Virus record (IMG/VR): IMGVR_UViG_3300037467_000692 | Location: 1 to 41,714 of that record | DNA length: 41,714 nt | Direction: 5' to 3' (one strand) | Origin: a virus | Lineage: Duplodnaviria > Caudoviricetes | Shown: in pieces, positions 34,390 to 41,714 of the stretch | How positions within the stretch are numbered: position 1 is the first letter of the stretch | How the letters are laid out: each line of letters opens with the position of its first letter | Notes under the pieces: generated by a model | The model's input: the letters and a program-made list of their open reading frames with translations, nothing else | The model's database searches: none | Told to the model about the DNA's origin: nothing | Translations under genes and position numbers: made by a program

Positions 34390-34721
34390 GCGTCCTCAAG
34401 TACGCGCTGAAGATGGGGAAGACCGAGCGGCAGATCATTGAAACCTGCAAAAAGCGAGGACAACCCCTACCCGAAGCGCTCCAGAACGCGCCTGTGCTTT
34501 ATAGTGGGCTTGACGAGTACTACAGCGCGTTCTGGCGCCTGCATACAGACCGGCAAATCGGCATGGGTATTGGGCAGATCCCGTGGACTTCGATGGTCAA
34601 CTATGCGGACAGAGAAGAAATGGACGCTGAGGAGTTTCTTCGGTTTGAAACTCTGATTCGGGCCATGGACGACGCTTACCTGGAACACGCTGCCAAACCT
34701 AAAGACAACGCGGGGGGATAA
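34383..34721 (+). CDS. Tail assembly chaperone frameshift extension (gpT-like)
   Basis: AFW.L.TDR.IGMG.GQIPW, IRAMD.AYL; reached by the -1 shift. Confidence 0.8.
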   Translation, partial: LVSVLKYALKMGKTERQIIETCKKRGQPLPEALQNAPVLYSGLDEYYSAFWRLHTDRQIGMGIGQIPWTSMVNYADREEMDAEEFLRFETLIRAMDDAYLEHAAKPKDNAGG

Positions 34722-35149
34722 TGGATCTGAGAACGTTTTCCCGCCGTATCACCGCCATCGCAGAGCGTGTCGAGCCCGCAGCGCAGGACGTTGTGCGCAA
34801 GACCGCTCTTGCAGTGGACCAAACGGTAGTGATGGCCACACCAGTTGACACGGGCCGCGCCCGCGCTAACTGGCAGGTACAGGCCGGCGCTATGCCCTCA
34901 GACGTAGTGCCCCCTTACGCGCCCGGTGCAGGCGGTAGCACAGCCGCGCAAAACACGCAAGCGGCCCTGGAGCAAGGTAAAATTGCTATCAGTGGCGCGC
35001 AGCCGGGTCAAGAAATCCACATCACCAACAACCTGCCCTACGTTGGCAGGCTCAATGAAGGCCATTCTGCTCAGGCGCCAGCCGGTTTTGTAGAACAAGC
35101 TGTCAATGCAGGCATCGAGACCATACGTCAGGCGAGGCTCATTGAATAG
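34721..35149 (+). CDS. HK97 gp10-like tail completion protein
   Basis: TPVDTGRARANW, NNLPY..RLN.GHS.QAP.GFV. Confidence 0.88.
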   Translation: MDLRTFSRRITAIAERVEPAAQDVVRKTALAVDQTVVMATPVDTGRARANWQVQAGAMPSDVVPPYAPGAGGSTAAQNTQAALEQGKIAISGAQPGQEIHITNNLPYVGRLNEGHSAQAPAGFVEQAVNAGIETIRQARLIE

Positions 35150-35168
35150 CACCATCCAAGGGTGTTGA

Positions 35169-38100
35169 ATGACAACCGAACGCATTGATATTGTCGTCCG
35201 AGAGGACGGCTCCCGCGAAGTACGGCGCAACCTTGAAGACATTGGCACAGGCGCGCGCACTGGTGCAAGCGGCGTTGACCGCCTGCAAGGTGCGCTCGGC
35301 CAGCTCAAGACGTTGCTTGCAACCATGGGCATCAGCGCCGGCATTGTAGAAATCATCAAGCTTACTGACACATGGGCCAACCTGCAAGGCCGGCTCGCGT
35401 TGGTTACGGACTCGTTCCAGCAACTCAAGCAGGTACAAGAAAGCCTGTTTAACATCGCGCAAAAGACGCGCGTAAGCTACGAGAGCACGGCCGACGTATT
35501 CACGCGTATCTCGCGCGCCACTAAAGACATGAACACGACAGACGCCGACCGGCTCAAGGTTGTGGAAAATATCAACAAGGCGCTCATTGTCTCCGGTGCA
35601 AGCACCGAGGAGGCACATCGCGCGCTAATTCAGCTTGGACAGGGTCTTAGCGCTGGCGTGCTGCGCGGCCAGGACCTTAACTCGGTGCTGGAGCAGACGC
35701 CACGCCTTGCACAAGCAATCGCAGAAGGCATGGGCAAGACGACCGGCGAGCTCAAGAAAATGGGCGAGGCCGGCACACTGACGTCCAAGGCAGTGTTCGA
35801 CGCGCTTCTGCAACAAGGCAACGCACTGCAGAACGAGTTTGCGCAGATGCCGCAGACCATCGGACAATCGTTCGAGTTGCTGAAGAACCAAGTGCTCAAG
35901 TTTGTCGGCGAGACCGGAGAGGCAAATGGCATCGCTGGCAACTTCGCAACCGTGCTGAAGCTGGTGGCAGACAACCTGAATGTTATCGCTGCCGTCATCC
36001 AGGGCGTGATGGTGTACAAACTGGCTGAGTATTTCTTGACCAGCGCTGCCGCAGCCGTGCGCAAGTATCTCGCCCTTGTGGATTCCACCAACGCCATGAT
36101 CGCCGAACGCGCTGCATCAGTTGCCGCCGCCGAATCCGCCGTGGCGCTGGCCGGCGCTCAACTTGCTGTGGCCACAGCCACTGACGCCGCCATTGCAACG
36201 GCGCGCGCTGAACAAGTTGCTCGACTGAACCAAGCCAACGCTAATATCGGGGCTGCACAAGCTGCGATGGCAGCGGCAGAAGCGGCTGGCGTGCAGAGCT
36301 TTGCCTTGTACACGCTGCGCGCCGCCACCATGGAACTCGCCGCTGCTGAGGCGGCTCGCGTTGCCGCGATGGCTGAGCTTGCGCTGCTTGGCCAGCAACA
36401 GGCCCGCGTAAGCGCCCAAATCGCCGCAGCAACCGCCGCAGAAACCGCCGCTACCACGGCCCTGACCGCTGCTCGATCGGCCGGCACAGGGGCCGCAGCG
36501 CTCGCGGGTCGGGCATTGGGCTTGCTGGGTGGCCCGATCGGCATTATTACAACCGTGCTCAGCCTCGGCGCAACCGCGTGGGCGCTGTGGGGCAGCAAGG
36601 CGGCACAGGGTGAGCAGCAAGCTCAAAGTGCAGTCGAACAGACGCACGAACAGATTATGGGCAAGCTGGACGAGGAAATCAAGAAGCTCAAAGAACGTAA
36701 CCTTCTTGCGCAGACCAACCCCGAGTTGGCAACACCGGACGCTAATCCGAAGGCCGCAGCGGCACAGGCTGACGCGGCACGGGCTCTCGCACAGATCAAG
36801 GAAACCTCCGCACGTACGGACCTTTCCCTGGAAGCCCGCACTGAGATTTTGCGCGTGCTGGGTGGACAGTACAACGATGCGACGGCCAAGCTCATGCAGT
36901 TCAACAAGGCGCAGGATGACTTTAACACCACGCAGAACGGTGATAAAGTCAAGGCGTGGTTGGATAAAAACCAGCAGTACATGAGCAAGACGGAACAGCT
37001 TGCCGCAGCCATCAAGGACGCTAAGAAAGAGCTTGGTACTGCGTTTACGCCGGAAATTGAAAAACGTATTACGGACTCGTTGAACAAAAAGGACGAGACG
37101 CACGACGCCCTGTTGCAGTACAAACAGACGATCGAAGAGCTCAAAATGCAACAGAAGTTGCAAAAAGAGATCTCGGATGGTCGGCAGTCGCACAACGAGG
37201 CACTGTACAACCAAGGCGGTATGAGCCAAGACGTGTTCATGAAGGCACAGCGGGACGCCCAACTTGAAGAGAACCAGCGCAACATTGAGTTCGCGCAAAA
37301 GCAGTTGGAAGTCACCAAGGGCGCGGGCAAGGAGCAGGTTGCGGCACGCGCCCAGTACGCCGGCGAACTGGCGGTGCTGGCGCAGCAGCGTCTTAACATC
37401 GAGCAGGGTTACAACGACAAGGTTGCTGGTGTGTTCGCTGCCCGCAAACGTGCTGAGATTGACGCCGGCAACAGCGAAATCTCAGCACTGAACGACAAGA
37501 ACAAGCAGTTGCAGGACCAGATTACCTACTTCAACATGCTGCCGGACGCTATCACCCGCGCAACGATTGCCGAGCTGGAGAACCAGAAGGCCACGTTGCA
37601 GGGCGACTTCTACGATGAAGCCAAGGTCAACGCCATCAACGGTAAGATTGAAGCTCTCAAGCGTCTTGCCAATTCGCAGGCCGGGCAGCAACAACAGGCG
37701 TTCGACTGGGACATGGCCCAGCAGACCGGTGAGGCATGGCGCGCAACCGGCGAGCTTATCGGCAACTCGCTGTCCTCAGCATTCGGCAAGGGTGGCGCGG
37801 CACTGGGCAAGATGGTGCAGGGTTACACGTCGTTCAAGGGTGCAGAAGAGAACCTGCGCAAACTGTACGACGAGCGCGTCAAGGTTGCCGCTGGCAACGA
37901 GCAGCGCATTGCTGAGGCACAACAGCAGTACCGCAACGACCGTCAACAAGCCGAATATGCGATGTATGCGGATATGGCCGGTGCCGCCAAGGGCTACTTC
38001 GGCGAACAGACCGCAGCGTACAAGGTTCTGAGCGGCCTTGAGCAAGCGTTCCGTATTGCGCAGATTGCCATGGCATACGAGGAGATGGTTCGCAAGGTGT

Positions 38101-41100
38101 TCTTCACACAGACCGTGACCGCCGCGAAGATTGGTGCCATCGCAACCGAGACCACGGCCAACGCCGCCAGCGTGGCGCCAAACGTTGCGGCCGACAGTGC
38201 CAAGGCCAGCGCGTCGGGCGTGGCTGCTGTGGCCAAAACTATCGCAAGCCTGCCGTTCCCGTTTAACGTGGCGGCGGGGGCGGCAGTGTTCGCCATGCTG
38301 GTAAAGCTCGGTGTTGCCATGAAAGGCGGAGTGAGCGGCTCTAGCATCTCCGTGTCAGAGCAACGGCAGACGGAGCAAGGTACGGGCACGGTGCTCGGTG
38401 ACAGCGCGAAGAAGTCGGATTCGATTGCCAAAGCGATTGAGCACTTGTCCGGCAACTCGGACATGAGCCTTAAGCATAGCGCCGGAATGTTGACGGCATT
38501 GAACAACATTCAGAATAACATCAGTGGGCTGTCCGCCCTGCTGGTGCGTGGCAGTGGCCTGAGTGGCAATGTGTCCGCTGACAGCCAAGGCGCGGCGGCA
38601 AAGTTTGCAAGCAGCGGCACCGGGCTGGACCTGATTGTTATGCCTATTGTTGGCCGTGTCCTGGACAAGATTACTGGTGGCTGGCTCGGCAAGACGCTCG
38701 GAACCATTGCCAACTCGATCTTCGGCGGTAAGGTGAGCACACTAGACACCGGCTTGACCGCGAACAGTGGCAGCGTGTCGAGCATCCTGGCGGGTGGCCT
38801 GCAAGCCGGCCAGTACACCGACACGAAGACTAGCGGCGGCTGGTTCCATAGCGACAAGTACAACACGGCGGTGAACAGCCTTGGTAGCGAAGCAGACGAC
38901 CAGTTCACCAAGATCATTAAGAACATGGTGCAGGGCGTTACGGCGGCTGGCGCAGCACTGGGTCAGAACTCGCAGGAATTCACGGATCACCTGAACACTT
39001 TCGTTGTGGACATTGGCAAGGTAAGCCTCAAGGGTCTTACCGGAGAGCAGATCCAGCAGCAACTTGAGGCTGTGTTCTCCAAGGTTGGTGACGATATGGC
39101 CAAGTACGCGCTGAGTGGACTGGAAGATTTCCAGAAGGTTGGCGAGGGCTACTTCAACACGCTGGTGCGTGTTGCCACGGGCACCGAGGCGGCAGGGGCA
39201 GCGCTCAGCGTGCTTGGTGTCAAGGCAGTGGACTACACGGCCATCGTCAACAAGCAAGCAGACGTCGAGACCGAGATTATCCGGCAGAGCCTTGTGGCCA
39301 GCGAGACCGGCAATGGCCTGATTGCCATGCTGCAGAACTTCAGCGGCACTGCGGACGACCTAATTAGCAACTACAAAGATCTGGTTAAAGTTCGGCAGAT
39401 GTTGAACAACGTTGGCCTGAACGGCAGCAACCTGTCGTCTGATACCCTGCTTGGCGCGGGTGGCCTGAGCACACTGAGCGACGGTGTTAAAACGTTCTTT
39501 GATGACTTCTTCAGCGATGCCGAGAAGCACGCGGCGGAGCTGTCCAACCTTACGGATGCGTTTGGGAAGCTGGGCCTTGCCGTTCCGCAGAGCAAGGATG
39601 CATTCAAGCAGTTGGTTCTGAGCTTCAATGACGGCACCGACGCAGGGAACAAGATGGTTGGTGCCTTGTTGGCAATGACCGGTCAAGTAAGCGAGTTCTA
39701 CGGTAAGGTGACCGACACGAGCGAACTGGCGTCCTCCAAGCGCGCAATCGAACTGAAGATGATCGAGTTGTCCGGCGATAAGGTTAAGGCTCTGGCCGAG
39801 TCCCGCAAGGATGAGTTAGCTGCAATGGACGCCTCCTTGCGCTACATGCAGATTCAGGAATACGCCCTGCAAGACCTTAGCGATGCCCGGGACGCGCTTA
39901 ACCAAGCATACGAGGACGAGAAGAGTAACCTTGAAACGGTGCGTGACAAGTTTAAAGACCTGTCCAAGAGCCTGAAGGACTTCTCTCAACAGTTGGCAAT
40001 TGGCGATCTGAGCAACCTGGATCCAAAGGGCAAGTATGACGCCGCCAAGTCCACGTTCGATAAGACGTACCAGCTCGCCAAGGCCGGTGATACAACTGCC
40101 ATGGGTGATTTGCAACAGGTGTCCCAGGATTTCCTGAACGCATCGAAAGGCTACTATGCCAGCACGAGCCAATACGGCAAGGATTACGCAGCCGTGCAGG
40201 CAGCGATCAGCTCAACGGCAAAGGTCGCAGACAGCCAAGCGGATATTGCGCAGAAGCAGCTTGACAAGATGGGCAGCATGGTGAGCGGAATTTTGGATCT
40301 CAACGACACTACGGACAAGTTCAAGAAGGCTTTTGACGCGTACGTTGCAGCTCAGGCTAAAGTTGCAGCTCCGGCGGCGAACGCAATTGATACTACGTAT
40401 CAGAACGTTCTCGGTCGCGCGCCTGATGCAGCCGGGAGCGCTTATTGGCAGAACCAGATTAACACGGGGGCCGCAACGCCAACGCAGGTGATTGACGCCA
40501 TCACCAACTCGCCGGAAGCTAAAGTGCGCGCGCTGTACAAGAGCGTATTTAACCGGACGGCGGACGACGCTGGGGTTGCGTACTGGGTGAAATATATCAA
40601 CGGGGGCGGCACGCTGGCACAGGTTGAGGCCGCAATGCGCAGCAGCGCCGAAGCCACCAAGACGCCGGCTACCACTACGGCGCAGCAGGCACAGACGGGC
40701 ACAGCGGCCACTACTGCCGCTGCTGCAACTGTGAACCCGATCGAGGCGCAGCTCAAAGCTTTGTATCAGAACTTACTTGGCCGCACGCCGGATGCTGCCG
40801 GCCTGTCCTACTGGGAGAACTACCTGAACGGCGGCGGTTCGATGGCGCAAGTTGAGGCGGCAATCAAGAGCAGCAGCGAATACTTGAACATGCCGAAGCG
40901 CGCGCTGGGCGGGTACACCCCGGCCGGAATGGTGAAGGTTGGTGAATACGGACCGGAATACGTAAACTTTGACCGGCCCGGCATGGTGTATAGCGCAGGT
41001 CAGACCGCGCATATGGACAGCAACGCGGACGCCAAGCTTGACGCAGTGTGCACGGCAGTTGAGGAACTTAAGGTTGCTGTGGTTAGGGAACTGCAAGCTG

Positions 41101-41204
41101 CAAACACGCAGCGCGGGGCGGCGGCAACTCAAACTCTTAACAAGCTCGACAAAGTTGTGGACAGCACGGACGATCTGCGCCGCACTTATGAAAGGAATGC
41201 GTAA
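35169..41204 (+). CDS. Tape measure protein (2011 aa) with C-terminal DUF4214-like repeats
   Basis: N-terminal tape-measure domain (QLGQGL..G.LRG.DLNSV.EQ.P.LA), long helical body, A.GG...VGE.GPE near the C-terminus. Confidence 0.95.
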   Translation: MTTERIDIVVREDGSREVRRNLEDIGTGARTGASGVDRLQGALGQLKTLLATMGISAGIVEIIKLTDTWANLQGRLALVTDSFQQLKQVQESLFNIAQKTRVSYESTADVFTRISRATKDMNTTDADRLKVVENINKALIVSGASTEEAHRALIQLGQGLSAGVLRGQDLNSVLEQTPRLAQAIAEGMGKTTGELKKMGEAGTLTSKAVFDALLQQGNALQNEFAQMPQTIGQSFELLKNQVLKFVGETGEANGIAGNFATVLKLVADNLNVIAAVIQGVMVYKLAEYFLTSAAAAVRKYLALVDSTNAMIAERAASVAAAESAVALAGAQLAVATATDAAIATARAEQVARLNQANANIGAAQAAMAAAEAAGVQSFALYTLRAATMELAAAEAARVAAMAELALLGQQQARVSAQIAAATAAETAATTALTAARSAGTGAAALAGRALGLLGGPIGIITTVLSLGATAWALWGSKAAQGEQQAQSAVEQTHEQIMGKLDEEIKKLKERNLLAQTNPELATPDANPKAAAAQADAARALAQIKETSARTDLSLEARTEILRVLGGQYNDATAKLMQFNKAQDDFNTTQNGDKVKAWLDKNQQYMSKTEQLAAAIKDAKKELGTAFTPEIEKRITDSLNKKDETHDALLQYKQTIEELKMQQKLQKEISDGRQSHNEALYNQGGMSQDVFMKAQRDAQLEENQRNIEFAQKQLEVTKGAGKEQVAARAQYAGELAVLAQQRLNIEQGYNDKVAGVFAARKRAEIDAGNSEISALNDKNKQLQDQITYFNMLPDAITRATIAELENQKATLQGDFYDEAKVNAINGKIEALKRLANSQAGQQQQAFDWDMAQQTGEAWRATGELIGNSLSSAFGKGGAALGKMVQGYTSFKGAEENLRKLYDERVKVAAGNEQRIAEAQQQYRNDRQQAEYAMYADMAGAAKGYFGEQTAAYKVLSGLEQAFRIAQIAMAYEEMVRKVFFTQTVTAAKIGAIATETTANAASVAPNVAADSAKASASGVAAVAKTIASLPFPFNVAAGAAVFAMLVKLGVAMKGGVSGSSISVSEQRQTEQGTGTVLGDSAKKSDSIAKAIEHLSGNSDMSLKHSAGMLTALNNIQNNISGLSALLVRGSGLSGNVSADSQGAAAKFASSGTGLDLIVMPIVGRVLDKITGGWLGKTLGTIANSIFGGKVSTLDTGLTANSGSVSSILAGGLQAGQYTDTKTSGGWFHSDKYNTAVNSLGSEADDQFTKIIKNMVQGVTAAGAALGQNSQEFTDHLNTFVVDIGKVSLKGLTGEQIQQQLEAVFSKVGDDMAKYALSGLEDFQKVGEGYFNTLVRVATGTEAAGAALSVLGVKAVDYTAIVNKQADVETEIIRQSLVASETGNGLIAMLQNFSGTADDLISNYKDLVKVRQMLNNVGLNGSNLSSDTLLGAGGLSTLSDGVKTFFDDFFSDAEKHAAELSNLTDAFGKLGLAVPQSKDAFKQLVLSFNDGTDAGNKMVGALLAMTGQVSEFYGKVTDTSELASSKRAIELKMIELSGDKVKALAESRKDELAAMDASLRYMQIQEYALQDLSDARDALNQAYEDEKSNLETVRDKFKDLSKSLKDFSQQLAIGDLSNLDPKGKYDAAKSTFDKTYQLAKAGDTTAMGDLQQVSQDFLNASKGYYASTSQYGKDYAAVQAAISSTAKVADSQADIAQKQLDKMGSMVSGILDLNDTTDKFKKAFDAYVAAQAKVAAPAANAIDTTYQNVLGRAPDAAGSAYWQNQINTGAATPTQVIDAITNSPEAKVRALYKSVFNRTADDAGVAYWVKYINGGGTLAQVEAAMRSSAEATKTPATTTAQQAQTGTAATTAAAATVNPIEAQLKALYQNLLGRTPDAAGLSYWENYLNGGGSMAQVEAAIKSSSEYLNMPKRALGGYTPAGMVKVGEYGPEYVNFDRPGMVYSAGQTAHMDSNADAKLDAVCTAVEELKVAVVRELQAANTQRGAAATQTLNKLDKVVDSTDDLRRTYERNA

Positions 41205-41714
41205 TGGTTTTAGTCGAGATTTCATCCGATGGAAACGCGGGGCAGCAGATTTACCGGTTCAGCGATAAGGGGTATGTTACAAAGCCGACGGATGCTCTTC
41301 CGAACACAGTATTCGCAGGAAGACTAAAAGATTCCGGGCGCATTGGCATCAACGCATATTCAGACGGTCGCACTGGCGGCGGCACCCACTTAGAGCTCGG
41401 TCAAGTTATCGTTGACAATTCAGACGGTAAATATGATTCTATATTGACCCAATTCTTTAGCGGGCAGTTGGTCACCATCTATTACGGCCAACAGGATGAC
41501 GCCCCGTTTAACAGCACGAATTATCCAGTTGTGTTCTCCGGAACTCTACAATCTGTCACTGCGGATTTCAACTCGATTATTTTCACATTGCGTGATAAGC
41601 TGTATTCGTTTGATAAACCATTGCTGACCACAACGTACGCGGGCAACAACGTTGCGCCAAACGGCATTGAAGGCGGAGCGGATATTCTTGGTAAAGTAAA
41701 GCCTCTAGTGTTGG
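41204..41714 (+). CDS. Tail tip / baseplate-hub-like protein, truncated by the window end
   Basis: TAATG coupling; open frame MVLVEISSDG...LRDK...YAG.N...GIEG...GKVKPLVL to the end. Confidence 0.7.
   Translation, partial: MVLVEISSDGNAGQQIYRFSDKGYVTKPTDALPNTVFAGRLKDSGRIGINAYSDGRTGGGTHLELGQVIVDNSDGKYDSILTQFFSGQLVTIYYGQQDDAPFNSTNYPVVFSGTLQSVTADFNSIIFTLRDKLYSFDKPLLTTTYAGNNVAPNGIEGGADILGKVKPLVL

Larger units (their letters stand above)
1..41714. mobile_element. Tailed dsDNA bacteriophage genome segment (siphovirus-type)
   Basis: Terminase-portal-head-neck-tail-tape measure gene order, lysis cassette with spanins, phage-type replication genes; no host housekeeping genes. Confidence 0.97.

Noticed and set aside
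36117-37399. Long antisense ORFs opposite the tape measure, and similar ones opposite other genes
   Set aside because: Expected shadows of GC-rich codon bias; no RBS or protein motifs.

Overview
The whole window is part of a tailed dsDNA phage genome with siphovirus-type organisation (long tape measure, frameshifted tail chaperones) and a Gram-negative host (Rz/Rz1 spanins). It reads as about 60% GC by eye. Four modules are visible. (1) 1-7797, leftward replication/nucleotide operon: RNase HI-like, MazG-like, primase-helicase fusion, a minimal kinase-like protein, an HTH protein. (2) 7798-8474, AT-rich divergent control region with repeated ATTAAC hexamers and a LexA-type box. (3) 8475-16983, rightward early/accessory genes behind five related sigma70-like promoters. 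(4) 17085-41714, lysis, packaging, head, an inserted fibre cassette, neck and tail genes. No integrase, repressor or DNA polymerase is seen in the window. The most unusual signals are non-coding. One is an 84-nt tRNA-like RNA (9020-9103) with an alanine-type acceptor stem (G3:U70, A73, encoded CCA) but a GNRA-capped helix instead of an anticodon arm, resembling the tRNA-like domain of tmRNA without its mRNA part. The other is a promoter-driven, ~390-nt multi-helix non-coding region (about 13886-14272). All family assignments come from motif recognition by eye, not from database searches.
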